64,000 nt of DNA, taken from positions 170,556,614 to 170,620,613 of the forward strand of contig NC_068981.1 of assembly GCF_001194135.2 (NCBI RefSeq), read 5' to 3'. Within the stretch, counting starts at the first letter, position 1. Each line of letters opens with the position of its first letter. Under the pieces are notes generated by a model. It was not told where the DNA came from. It did no database searches and was given only the letters and a program-made list of their open reading frames with translations. Both the position numbers and the translations under genes were made by a program. The stretch comes from Octopus bimaculoides (Eukaryota). Shown one piece after another: positions 1 to 13,413 of this stretch.

Positions 1-746
1 ATATAGGGATTAGCAGTATCCTGCTTCTCCAACATACTGAGAATTCAGAAATAGCAGCCAAAGAAATACTGGTTCCAAAACTACAAATTTTTCTCTAATT
101 GATAGCGATATTTATGGTACACACACAACAAAAAACAGAAGAGAAGAGTAAAAAAACAAGCCTGCCTTTAGTTAACTTGGTACGACGTTTCACGGTTAAG
201 GGTGGTGGATAGCTAAACCGCAACAAGTCGTACGGGACTTTTTTCTATGCGGGACTATTTATGACACACACTGAATTGAATTCATTGGGGTAGGAGATAT
301 TAAACTCACTGGCCGATAAATTTCTTAATGTCTGCCTCACGTGGTCTTGATGTCGCATGGTCAAAATTAACGTGAGTTATTTAGACATTGGCAAATTTAT
401 TAGAATATTTGACTGAAGATCGGAATGGGGAAATTCACACCCTTAACCGTCAAACGTCGTACCAAATTAACTAAAGGCAGGTTTGTTTTTTTACTCTTCT
501 CTTCTGTTTTTTGTTCTGTGTGTACCATAAATATCGCTATCAATTAGAGAAAAATTTGTAGTTTTGGAATCAGTAGTTATTTGGCTGCTATTTCTGAATT
601 CTCAGTATGTTGGAGAAGCAGGATACTGCTAATCCCTATATATTTATGATTATAAATGGTTTTACCGATAATGTTTTTTCATACTGAGCTACCCGGCAAA
701 ATTGTTAATTATTAATTTTATTACTAATTGACGATTCCCTGCCCTG
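1..746. mobile_element. Inverted pair of PLE-type terminal repeats (foldback); left arm runs off the window start
   Basis: 1-204 is the near-perfect reverse complement of 438-641, with a 233-bp spacer. The right arm appears to continue to ...CCCTGCCCTG at 746, followed by (TA)n. A hammerhead-like motif lies at the inner start of the right arm. Confidence 0.7.
407..467 (+). ncRNA. Degenerate type-I hammerhead ribozyme motif
   Basis: ATTTG(A)-CTGAAGA-(T)CGG..GGGG..CCCTT..CCGT-CAAA-CGTCG-TA-(C)CAAAT. Stem I is ATTTG/CAAAT. The left arm keeps GAAA where this copy has CAAA. Confidence 0.55.
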
Positions 747-777
<31 letters not shown>

Positions 778-1779
778 TTGTAGCTATCACCGTACATCCC
801 TACCTACCTAGTTACGTACATACATACATAGCAACATAAACTTATATGGGAATATTGCAGCAAAAATAAAACATTTCGTAACTCTGTTAGCTATTTTAGA
901 CAGTAGAAGACTGAATTTGACGGTCTGAATAAACCACCTCTTTAGAGACTTCGTATGTCGTGTTCCTATCATTTATATACATTAGTATTTTGCTTCCTGC
1001 ATTACTGTCTATTAGTGTCTTTTAAGTCTATGCACTCACTCTCTCTCACGCACCCCCCACACATATATATTATATATGTATGTATGCATGTATGTATTTA
1101 TACATGTATGTATGTGTCTGTATGTGTTTCTAGGCATGTGTGTAAATTTATTACTGTTCGTGTTTGTGTGTGTTTGCGGGCATGTGTCTGTATGCGTATG
1201 TAGTTATATCTTATAATCAACTTAACAGAAGTTTTAACAACATTATTCATTCAGAAAATGGCTGTCAGGTGAATATATAAAAAAGAATTAGCATCCATTT
1301 ACTTTTAATTTAATTAGGTAACCTGAAAATGTACATCGCTTATCAAATTGAATTTCTCCCTGGTGTGATATTAGAAAAGGTGTCGAGTATTAAAATAGGT
1401 TAGACATGATTAATAGTTATTTTGCATAGACGGTGACCTATTGGGTGGGGAATGTTATAAGGTACCATTTGGAATGAAGGTCTATATCTCTGGAGAAAGG
1501 TAATTCCTTTTGGAATACTTATAAGTTCTTCAGACATCAAAATGCATGAATGAGCTACCCAAAATTTTCAAGACTTGATTAAAAGTAATACGAAAAAAAA
1601 AAGAAAGAACAGGAATAAGGTAACTATTTATATACAATAAATTTGAGAGAATATCTAACTACACAATTCAAATGAATGCGTTTTCTTAGACGCAATTTTC
1701 TACAAATAAATTTAGATTCTGTAGAATGAATTGATATAGTCATATATTTTTCATTTGTTTGATTCGCGATAAGAGGCTG

Positions 1780-3200
1780 CTCAGAAGATCTTGTCTACCG
1801 TTCGGAGAGTGCTGAAAATCTTATCAGATGGAAAATATCTAGGGCTACATCGCGAAGTACAAAGTGTTGACGTTCTGAGGAGCAGGGACTGACGTACTAC
1901 GCATTGTGCTACCTAAGTTAAACGCAGAATATATATAACAGCAAAAAGATGTGTAAGTGAATTGAGAAAGGTTAAGTAGACGTGTCACGGCACTCTCTAT
2001 ATCCGAATTTAGTTGGAGGAAAGAAGTGAGAGAAAGAATAAAGTCACTTTAGTATGTCAGATCTGACTGTGTTGTTGAACGACATTATATCAATAAATCG
2101 GAAGGAATTTTAAGACGAGGCTCAGACGTTTGGTTACGTAGCAACATCTCCATCAATGACTTAATAAGAATTTTATATTATGGGTCTGACTTGAGCTTTG
2201 CAAAATGGTTGCTAGTTTTGCCGACTTTTTTCCTCGCCGTAAACTGGACATTATTCTCTCTAAAACAGTATTTGCCATGTAGAAGATGTGGACACCTCAT
2301 TGGCAGATGAGGTTTAGGATTTCTAAATACGTTGAGCGTTCTCGAGTTGCTCATGTTTCAATGTGTCTGTAATAATTTTATATTGTGTGGTAAAAGAAAT
2401 AACGTTGTAAAGACTTCTGTTTCGTTGCTCGTTTACTAAGTCGTATGCGACTGCCGAGTATGTGCAAACTATTAGGGATTAATGAAGTATGTTCTCGTCT
2501 TCCAAACAGTAGATGTTGTGGAAAGGATGACATATAAGACAGGAGGAGCAAGTAGGTTGTGTTTTGAAAATGGAGGGTCGGGAAAAATAGCATGCTTTCT
2601 TTTAACAGCTTAGGACTTTCAGCTGGGTCCGGAGAGAGGGCCTCAGTGTTACCAACATTAATTCATTTAGATCCTAAACTAATTAAAATTTTGAATTAGT
2701 TGAGCTCGGAACAGATACCTAATTTAATGTGTATTAAAATCGAAATGGAAGTTGAAATTTTAGATATGTGGTGTTATTCGAGATGATGTAAGTAGTCCAC
2801 TACCTAATAATTGTGGTACCTGATAGTTTTGGGACGGTGATGGTCAGATGGTCAGAATGGCTATAGTTACAGAAATCTCTTGTCAGTGGTGTAACAAAAT
2901 GTTTGCTCTCTGTACCAGCGGTATCAACGTAGGATGGATCTTGGAAATAGATGACTTATAATCTTTGACCTTACCGAAAATAATGTCGTCAGGAGGGAAT
3001 GAAGTTAAATTTATTTCCTCGATGTAATGAATGACATGATAGAAATATTGTCTGTGGGTAGGGTAGGAAGATTAGATAAAAATCTCTATTGTTATTTTCC
3101 AAGTCTTTTCTGTATTTCTTACACTATTAACATTATGTTTCAAAAATGATGTATATAATGCACAGGTCAATGAAATGTATCTTGAGGCAGAGTCGCATTA
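1780..3200 (-). mobile_element. Highly decayed Penelope-like RT relic
   Basis: Broken minus-strand frames give ..SKIHPTL.., TVPKLSG..IISNNTTYL, LPMRCP..ANTVLERI and FIDIM..YSFSHFFPPTK. This is the order of PLE RT motifs (KDPT, PKLYGLPK..PIIS, MGSP..AN, FLD..S.HP). Many stops and frameshifts. Confidence 0.35.
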
Positions 3201-3807
3201 CGCTTCAGTATTTAGAACATACTATTTAATGCTCACAATTATTGATTGAAATCTATCCAGTGAGTGAATAATTCTACAATTATTCTGTATCAAGCTGATA
3301 TAATAAAACAGGACCAGTGAAATGAGATGCAAAGAGGGAGCCCATTATTTTTGATTAGAATTGGTGTACTAAATCATGAAAGTCCACAAAATATATTGAA
3401 ATAGCAGATGATAGCGACTGCCATGAAATATGAATTGTGTAGCATGAGGCACGTTTATGAAAAAAAATAATAACTTGTCAATTAATTAAAACATATTCTC
3501 AATGGCAGGCTTCTATAGAGACGTCTAGCTGTGATGGCAATGCTTTTCGTGGCTCAACAGTCTGATGCTTCTTCATTATTAAATATCTTAATGGCTGCTT
3601 TTTTAACTTCTCTGGCAGTATTTCGGAGAGAATGATTAGAACTTGTTAATTGTGATGGCGAAAAAAGAAATTAAAGTGCAATATTTTATGAAGACCAATT
3701 CAGTGGATTGCTACTTCAAAATTCTCCTGGGTAGTGGAATCCTCAGATAGATAACCTTGGCCGTTTCGATACTGCACTCTCACGGAGGACCTAGAAAATA
3801 AGGCTTT

Positions 3808-3808
3808 G

Positions 3809-3854
<46 letters not shown>

Positions 3855-3868
3855 CAGCTACATACACA

Positions 3869-3916
<48 letters not shown>
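3808..3916. repeat. (TCTA)n + (CA)n microsatellites at a gap edge
   Basis: Directly visible. Confidence 0.95.
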
Positions 3917-4407
3917 NNNNNNNNNNNNNNNNNNNNNNNNNNNNNNNNNNNNNNNNNNNNNNNNNNNNNNNNNNNNNNNNNNNNNNNNNNNNNNNNNNNN
4001 NNNNNNNNNNNNNNNNNNNNNNNNNNNNNNNNNNNNNNNNNNNNNNNNNNNNNNNNNNNNNNNNNNNNNNNNNNNNNNNNNNNNNNNNNNNNNNNNNNNN
4101 NNNNNNNNNNNNNNNNNNNNNNNNNNNNNNNNNNNNNNNNNNNNNNNNNNNNNNNNNNNNNNNNNNNNNNNNNNNNNNNNNNNNNNNNNNNNNNNNNNNN
4201 NNNNNNNNNNNNNNNNNNNNNNNNNNNNNNNNNNNNNNNNNNNNNNNNNNNNNNNNNNNNNNNNNNNNNNNNNNNNNNNNNNNNNNNNNNNNNNNNNNNN
4301 NNNNNNNNNNNNNNNNNNNNNNNNNNNNNNNNNNNNNNNNNNNNATGTTTGTGACATATTTCAACTGCTAAATTCACTTTCAAATGGCAAATTCACTACT
4401 GTTACCG

Positions 4408-4679
4408 AAGAGAACATATCTCTCTTATGTTAAAAGGATGTGAAAATACCTGGTTTGTTCAGTGTTGTCATTTATCAGGAAGCGTAAATATGTCAACGTT
4501 GTTGAATTTTACACAAAGATCTTGCTTTTTAAGTTTATTCAGAGTTGTCACTCTTAGGTACATCCCATTGACAAGAGTTTAAAAACTAGAAATCTCGATG
4601 TCTGGAATTTTTGATACATGGTGACACTGAAGAAACCGGGTGTTTTCACGCTTTTCTACCATCAGAGACATATTGTCTC
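4408..4679. mobile_element. Small MITE-like element with ~68-bp imperfect inverted ends
   Basis: 4408-4477 aligns with the reverse complement of 4612-4679 (GTGAAAA.ACC.GGTTT.TTCAGTGT shared). Right end abuts (TA)n. Confidence 0.5.
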
Positions 4680-4689
4680 CACCTATATA

Positions 4690-4748
<59 letters not shown>

Positions 4749-5713
4749 GCGCACAGATACGCACACACAAATTACATTTTTAATTTCATTTTCTTATTTT
4801 GTATTGATTTAATATTTACACACGAGATAATCGAGATTTTCTCTATACGACATGTATTTGATAACATCTGCTGGATTTAGTGCGTAATGGTACTAGCTTT
4901 GGGCAGGTATTTGCAATGATTCGTCAAAATGGCCTTACACAACGATTTCATAGGCTTTACATGTAACCACTGCAAACGTCAACATGGCTGGTAATGATCG
5001 CACAGTCAGTGAAAATGAAGTACTTATGCTTCTACAGATGTGACACTAGATATGTTTGCTTCTGTAGTCGGACAGTTCTGATTCAAGAAGACGGTGATAT
5101 GCGATGAGCAGATTTATGCGTATTCTGAATTTTTAATGTAGATACAGATATAGTAAATGATCACAGCAAGTTAAATTCAAAAAACAAAACAAAAAGGAAA
5201 GAAAATACAGTTTTAGAAAATAAATTCCTTGTCAGCAATTCAAATACATACAGAATATATAGGGTAAATACTTTAATCTGCAAACACAAATTTTGTATCG
5301 ACTACAACGAAGAAGGAAAATACTATAATTATAAAAAGAAAAACCCACAGCCGTCGATACTAAAAAGTAAGCTGGATCATTACATTGCGCTACTCGTGTA
5401 AATGAAGGAGACTAACACATCAAAGATTAACATCTATACTGTATTGCATTAACATTTTATTTATGTATGAGGAAACAGTATTTTACTTGGAAAAAAAAAA
5501 TAGAAATCTTTCAGATCTTTTCTATGTAAGCATACTATAGTTCCCATATATATATATATATCAGCATATCTGTATGTGTACATATATACACACTTGTGTC
5601 TGTTTCTCAATATATCTCATCATTATGTATGTCTGTGTTTGTGCGTGCGTGTATCAATGTATGTTTGTATGTACGTGTATATATGTATATATATATATAT
5701 ATATATGTGTGTG

Positions 5714-5759
<46 letters not shown>

Positions 5760-6267
5760 AAATATATCGTTGGTGACACTATTTTAAATGGTTCATCGAG
5801 GTTTCGTAATTGTCTGCGGGTATTTCTTATGTCTTTGATCATGTGAGCAATATAATCTGAACATTGAATTTCAATAAAGGAACAAATTCACTGAAGCCTC
5901 AGGAATAATGATGTTATTATAAATAAAGGCACCACGCTGGTTACGATGAATAAAGAACGTAGCATAAGGAACTTCAGTAGCTAATAAAATATTCAGAATA
6001 AAATAAAATGCGTGGCTGGTGAACTTAATTGTTTTGAAACGCGGTTCGCTTTGGATAATTAAGTCTGCGAACGATTGGACAATTATGTTCCTCAACGGTG
6101 TTGAAAATTGAAGTAAAAGTGACTTTCTACTGGCGATAAATTTCTATATATGTGATATCTGTGGGTAGTAGAGTGCAATTATAAAAGGACTAACAAAGAC
6201 AGTCCGCAGTAAAAGGCTTCTGCAAACTTACATACACACATACATATACACGCACTCACCACATACG

Positions 6268-6330
<63 letters not shown>

Positions 6331-8784
6331 NNNNNNNNNNNNNNNNNNNNNNNNNNNNNNNNNNNNNNNNNNNNNNNNNNNNNNNNNNNNNNNNNNNNNN
6401 NNNNNNNNNNNNNNNNNNNNNNNNNNNNNNNNNNNNNNNNNNNNNNNNNNNNNNNNNNNNNNNNNNNNNNNNNNNNNNNNNNNNNNNNNNNNNNNNNNNN
6501 NNNNNNNNNNNNNNNNNNNNNNNNNNNNNNNNNNNNNNNNNNNNNAGTCATTATCAAGGGCAACTACATATTAAACGCATAATAATCACCCAAAACACAC
6601 CTCGAAAATTATACATACGCATCGGGGAGGCAGAAAGAAATATAAAGTATCTTTACTTCTTTGATCAATAAGAACATGTAAGACCGTGTACATACTTTGA
6701 TTAAGTTTGAAATCCCGGAAATGTAAATAACAAAACTATGGTTTGAAAGACATCAAAAAATAATCACCGTCACTTAAACATCTGAATCAATAATTTTGTG
6801 AATACAGATTATTTTGGTATATGTGAAGGAGAATATAGCTGTTGCTAAAAGTTTGTTTTCTTTTTTTTTCTTGAGCAAAGAAAGAACGTTTAGAACCAAG
6901 CAGATATATATTCGTTCAAAGTAACATTGAAAATTCTTACACAAATATCTAATATTACCATATAAAGAAAAATCCAATGCCGAAGCACTGCAGTTTGCCA
7001 TAATATGTCCTTCAGAAACATGCTTCTCACTGAAAATAATCACTTAATACATTAATATTCACACAAAAATTTCAAACATTTCAACCATATATAGACTTAC
7101 TATGTTAGTAGAGGACTATTTCAGTACAGTTATTAAAATAAGCCTTGATAGTATAAATGCAGAAATGAAATTATCTAGGCATTTGAATAAATGGAAAGGC
7201 CATTGTATTGATTTTCAATTCAGTCAATAGAGTTCAAAACTAAAACAGGGAGATGTATAGAACTCAACGTCATTATCTAGCAGTATTCAGTGAAATGACA
7301 ACTCAATTTGAAGTGCATCCATTTTACACATACAAAAAATTGTTAATATCAAATAGAACAACTGGCATATTTTTATGTTCTCTGTCTTGCGCCCTGTTTA
7401 TTGAGGATGCAGACTGGATCAAAGAAATAAAGATTGCAGCTATTCTCTATAACAATTTGAAGACGTCAACGTTTGTTAATATCAGTCATATCAGCCATTA
7501 GTGTACATAGCTAAAAACATCAGATTAGGCGGTGACTTGATGCGAGGTTTTACAGTTTCTGTATATGGAAAATAGAAAGAAAAGAAAAGTGCTAAAGCAA
7601 GAGTGGAAACAAATTCAAATGGTAACAAAATAGCAAATTAACAACGCAATGATATACGATAAATTCAGCCTGGCTGATGATTGAGGAATCAAACAATAAT
7701 GCTTTTCAATATAAGCACTTCAGAAAAGGAAATAGCAACGCATTATACCACTCACCCAACATTAATCAAATCTGTCCACAATTGCTTCAGTAATGAATAG
7801 ATTAAACGTTTTACACCGTGAAGAGTTACCTTTATCAAAACTGCGTGGTATTGCAAGGCATTATCACGCGTTTCATTACTAAGGAAACATATTTCATTCA
7901 TTAAGAAATTACTCCAAAAGATGAACAGCATTATGATATAATACAATCCACTGCTAGACTTCATTTCCATTAGTAAGATCACAAATTCTATTGGGCATTT
8001 AACAAAAGTAATACAAGGGTAACCCTTAGTAGCATGCAGGCTTTATCCCCCCCCCCAGCCAAAAACAAATTGGGAGAAAAGAGCTTACTGCCAACAGTGT
8101 GGCATATTGACATATGGAAAAAGGAAACAAGATATTTGCCATTAGATAAAATAAATTAACCAACTCGGAAGGATTTCATTATATCACAACTCATGGTTCA
8201 TCAAACATAGCAGATTTCTCAGCCATCCCACTCCCGAAAAAACATAAACATCTCAAACGTATTTATAAGGTTCCAGGCATGAAAAGCCACAAACACTACT
8301 GAGATTATCTTGGATAGCGAAGGACCATCTGGAAAGTAATATATGTACTGCAACATTTATATTAGCGAAAGAAATGTAAAGACGTTATTCATCAGGTCAT
8401 ACCCACTCAGTATAGGAGTTCAAATTAATTTTAAAATGAGGTAATATAAATAAATTTGTTGCCATCACTTTCAACAATATTTACCGTTATATGATATAAT
8501 TGCGTTTAAATATCTTATATTTCAGACTGATCAAAAGTTGCAACGTTATCTAAGATTTCTTCCATTTCCTTAACCGTTACTGTCAGTCAGAAACAATTTA
8601 AGTTTTATGAGTATTGTCGATGAAAAATATGAACAGCAGGAGTTCGCAAACTTTTTCTTTGTCATACTCAATCTTCATCTCTGGGATTGTTGGAGAACTC
8701 AGTGTTAGGAATATAATGTAAAATATAATGTAAAATGTTAGAGCATCAGAGCGCAAGCAGAGAAATATTATTGGATATTATCTA

Positions 8785-8930
8785 AATCAGAGTCCCAATC
8801 AAGCCGCTGTTAACCTTGCTTTTCATCATTCTCACATCCCTAAAATAAATCACTAGACAAGTACTGGAGCTGATGAAGTCAACTATATTTTCCCCTGACG
8901 TTTTCGGGCTTGGACCTTATGTAAAAAATG
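8785..8930 (+). mobile_element. Decayed SINE body/tail (family B)
   Basis: Loose match to the copies at 11490-11625 and 12781-12975 (..TTTCATC..AAGTACTGG..). Confidence 0.35.
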
Positions 8931-9563
8931 AACTGCAATCAGTTTAATACTATATTTGGAGAGGATAGACGAACAGGCTCTTTCAACAATGTGTTTCAGT
9001 GCTTAGTAATTAATCAAAAGCAACAAATCAGCATTGACTAAAATATCGCCATATGAATTTATAGATAATTCGTCTTAGTAATTGCCTGGGGCGGGGACCC
9101 TCCGTATAGATAATGTCTTTAAAACGACACTGAAAGGGGCTGTAAATGTCATCATCTGACTATACCAACCTGTGCCTCCGTCGTTACAGTTCATCAATCA
9201 AAGACAACGTACCTGCCATTCATAGTCTTCGAAGAACTACCTCACCAGCATATTTCAGAAACACGTGTCCTGCTTAAAGAACAATTTGTATGTAGAAACC
9301 AACGGCCAATGGAGGAACATTTGATGGTACAAGAACATCCGGACATCTGCCTCCACCNNNNNNNNNNNNNNNNNNNNNNNNNNNNNNNNNNNNNNNNNNN
9401 NNNNNNNNNNNNNNNNNNNNNNNNNNNNNNNNNNNNNNNNNNNNNNNNNNNNNNNNNNNNNTATAAAATTAATAAGTCTAAGGGTAGCAAAAAATTAAGA
9501 AATTTCATTACTACCAGTGGTGTAGCGAGAAGAAAATTAGTCAACATACTATATATATTATTC

Positions 9564-9960
9564 ATATAAAATAGTGTACATTTAATACACATCAGAGATG
9601 CCCATAAAGGGCATATAACCCGCTAGAAAGAGCAGCCAAGGCTCTGCACCACCACAAAAAAAGGGATAATTTCGAAAAGGAATGAAAAATAAAAACATTT
9701 ACCATCTATATTTCGAACCGGCTTTCAAGTTATTTTAGCAAAATAAACTATTTATTCTGCCAGACCAACTATCATCAGCGAAATAGCTTAGAGCGACCAT
9801 ATATGCACGAGACACTCCATCTGACTTGTGCATATATGTCTAATTGTTCAAAATTACTGCGCATATGCGGAATACCTAATTGGCAGGCTGCTTTTTTCTA
9901 GCGGGTTAGATGCCCTCTATGGGCAACTCTAATGTGTATTAAATGTACACTATTTTATAT
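9564..9960. mobile_element. Inverted pair of repeat ends (~75-bp arms), TA-flanked
   Basis: 9564-9637 is the reverse complement of 9886-9960 with a few mismatches. Confidence 0.7.
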
Positions 9961-10477
9961 ATATATATGCTTTTGGTGAGAATGATTTTGTTTTACGGCG
10001 CCTGAAAATAATAATAATTGTATTTATATCAGCTTAAAGCTTATGGCGATCACTGTGCAAATACTAAGGACAATAATCCAATAAAAGGACATTTGAGCCC
10101 TCAACAGAAAAACAGACGGCTTTCCTATCCGTGGGCATGCTTCAAAGTTATATAAATATCACACACACGCACACACGCACACACACACACACACACACAC
10201 AGACACACACACACACACGTATATATATATAAATTGAAAATCCTACACGACTAGGTGAAAACCGCTTTATTTAATATGTGACATTAATAAAAATCTGTAA
10301 ATNNNNNNNNNNNNNNNNNNNNNNNNNNNNNNNNNNNNNNNNNNNNNNNNNNNNNNNNNNNNNNNNNNNNNNNNNNNNNNNNNNNNNNNNNNNNNNNNNN
10401 NNNNNNNNNNNNNNNNNNNNNNNNNNNNNNNNNNNNNNNNNNNNNNNNNNNNNNNNNNNNNNNNNNNNNNNNNNNNN

Positions 10478-10510
<33 letters not shown>

Positions 10511-10908
10511 CATACACAAACACACACATGCAAATCCGCATCTTCTGACATACAGTCGCAGAAACACAGACACACATTTTTACATATATATACTGATTAG
10601 AAGTAGGAGGGACTAATTCTAATGGAAATGAATCATTCCATTTTGAAATCAAGAATGTTTATTTTAATCATATAATATCCAATATACTACATACTGAATA
10701 TCAAATCGCCTGTATCTGTTTATTTGCATAAATCATGCAACTCTTCCGTTTGTAATGGTTGCCCGATCTAATATTATTTCAAGGTATGCACTTGTAGCTT
10801 GAAATTTTAATAAGCAAATTAGAATAATAACGAACGAAGAAACAATTAAATACAAACCTCATTGAGCACATGTATATAAATATGTGCGTTTATATATGTG
10901 TGTTTGTG

Positions 10909-10939
<31 letters not shown>

Positions 10940-11489
10940 CTGTGTGTGTGTGTGTGTGATTGTGCGATATCATGTTATATGAGTAGATTCCTTAAGCGAA
11001 CTCACTTAGGTCAATATGGATAGAGGGAAATCGTGAAAGTAATATCAAAGTAAATAGGTTCACTCTCAGATCTATATGAGCTTTGCTATCTTACTGTCTG
11101 GATGATTATTTGAAGTTAATATGTTATTTCTCGTTAAGGTCTAAAATTAGTTAAGAACAACTTATGCCTCCATGTAGAAAATGTATCGAAACCTAATGAA
11201 ATTGCTTAAATTTCTTTCGGTTAAGTTGGGAAAATTGGCGACCAGGAGTAACCACGACGACATTCCTGTTTCTTATTTCATTCATGAAAACCAAAGCAAT
11301 TTTCAGCACTGTTCCATTTTTCGTCCATTCTATTTTGGGGTTTAAAAGTACGATATCTAAAACTGTTATACACAAACATTAGTTAAATCCATGGATGCAA
11401 AAATGTAACTATCAAGCAAATCAGAAAATTTCAGTGAAACACCGCTAATCTTGCAGCTATGTAACTTTGTAATTCAGGAAAAGTTTCTA

Positions 11490-11625
11490 TTTCCCAGCTT
11501 TACATACTGAATTTAAATTCCACCGAGGTTGACTTCGCCGTTCATTCTTTCAGAGTTGATAATATAAACCGCCTAGCCCTGAACCACAAAATTTCAGGCC
11601 TTGTGCTTATAGCAAAAATGAATAT
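11490..11625 (+). mobile_element. SINE family B, 5'-truncated
   Basis: AAATTCCACCGAGGTTGACTTCGCC..AAATTTCAGGCCTTGTGC matches the reverse complement of 12781-12975. Confidence 0.6.
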
Positions 11626-11929
11626 TTATGAAATAATCCGACAATAAACATACTGGTGATTCCAGATGATGACACATCCATATTGGTAAAGCTTTGTCAT
11701 TAGATACTTAGAAGTATGCTGAATAAAATTGAACCCAATGTCCTCAGCTACGAACTTCATTGGGTGAACATTAAGTAAATATTAGAGTCAGTGTTCTCGT
11801 TACTGCTGAAATTTGAGGTGCATATGTAATGACAGATTGCATATCGGTCCGTAATCTTAGATATCTGTGGAGGGCAACTGTTTCAAATTCATATGTACAA
11901 TATTTCCTGGCCTAAGTTATCATAAAATA

Positions 11930-12668
11930 ACGACGACTGGTGTTTTTGATGTGCCACAAACCAGAAAGGTAATGAAATGCCAGAATGTCTAAAGCTCGAT
12001 TACTGAAATAGAAAAAAGAGCATGGGATTCATTTGTGGTTATTGTGAAAGGATTTGAGGTGAGTGAAAAGTCTGAAAACTACAAGGAAATGGTGGAGACA
12101 TTACTTAATACCTTTCATCTGTTAGACTGCAACATTAGCATAAAGATCCATTTCCTCAATAGCCATCTCGATTAATTTCCAGCTAATCTCGGAAACGTAA
12201 ACGATGAGCATGGTGAGCTTTTTCATCAAGCAATTAAAATTATGGAGAAGCGATATCAAGTCCGGTGGAACATACACATGATGGCAGACTACTGATTATT
12301 CAATGAGACTGTGTATACATGAAAGACTCTTGACACTCTCGCAAGCGTAGATTGTTTCAGTGAATATGAAGCTGTGTATGATGGGTTGTGTTTTATCCAT
12401 CAATTTGAAGAATTAACAGTATGTATTTTGTAAAAGACGATGCTTACATCTATCATTTAATATCCTATTGACGTTATAACTTATGGTTTGAAGCTATAAG
12501 ACTTAGTAAACTGTCCTGACCAAGTAAATTATGTATACAGTATATCATGAAATAGGGGTTTGCTATAAAATGAAAACCTGAAATGGCTTCCATATTTGAA
12601 ATCAGTATCTCAGAATTAACTAAAAACAACCACAAAACCGAAGTCACCAAAAATTGTGTTGACCCGTG
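11930..12668 (+). mobile_element. Chapaev3-like (CMC superfamily) DNA transposon 3' half, inactivated
   Basis: Translation GVFDVPQ..EKRAWDSF..NYKEMVETLL..CNISIKIHFLNSHLD*FPANLGNVNDEHGELFHQ..MEKRYQVRW..MMADY matches the recalled Chapaev3 transposase C-terminus. It ends in TGTTGACCCGTG (reverse complement CACGGGTCAACA). Confidence 0.7.
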
Positions 12669-12780
12669 TAATTATATACCTTTACCTTTATTTTGTGAAT
12701 ATGGTTATGTATGGACACATAAACATGTCTAAGAAATCTTTTTATTTACGCAATGTACATAATATATTCTTTTCTTATTT

Positions 12781-12975
12781 TTGGCAGAAAGGGCCTCAAA
12801 TTTTGAGAGAGGGCAAAGCCGTTGACGTCGACCCTAGTCCACAAATAGTAGTTATTTTATCGCCCAAGAAATGATGAATGTAGACATCGGCGGAATTTGA
12901 ACTAAGAACGTAAAGGCGGATGAAATGCCGCGAAGTACTTTCTCAAGTACGCTAAAGATTCTGCCAGCTTACCGA
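12781..12975 (-). mobile_element. tRNA-derived SINE family B, near full length
   Basis: Minus strand reads CGGTAAGCTGGCAGAATCTTTAGC..TTAGTTCAAATTCCGCCGATG (A/B-box-like head). The head is shared with 14171-14212. Confidence 0.75.
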
Positions 12976-13281
12976 TTTAACGCACATTATTTATTAAACC
13001 TATCTATGTTCATCATTACAAAACGAGAGTGGTTCAATATTACATTGGGTAATACTAGTATAGAAAAGCATAAACGATAAAATCACACCCACGCGCGCGC
13101 GAAAGGATGGCACGAGTGGGAAGAATAGGGGATTCAGAGAATTAAATACAGAAATACTGTGGAGTCAATATTATAAATGTTCATATTCTCATAGCAAACT
13201 CTTTTTAATCGATGATTATTATTTTCACGTTCCGTCCTTGATTGAGAATCTTGATTAAGATGTCATAATTTAAATAAGCAG

Positions 13282-13413
13282 ATTAAGAACAAATTTGTTG
13301 AGGGATATTTTTGTACACATTACAACTACTTGTCAAATCTCACTGTGCAAATGAAATCGATTGATGAGCGAGGATCTGTGAATGTTCAACAGACTATTCT
13401 GCCACAGCTTCAG
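13282..13413 (+). CDS. Candidate internal exon (phase 0-0), unidentified protein
   Basis: GCAG|..|GTGGGT, 132 bp open: IKNKFVEGYFCTHYNYLSNLTVQMKSIDERGSVNVQQTILPQLQ. Confidence 0.35.
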
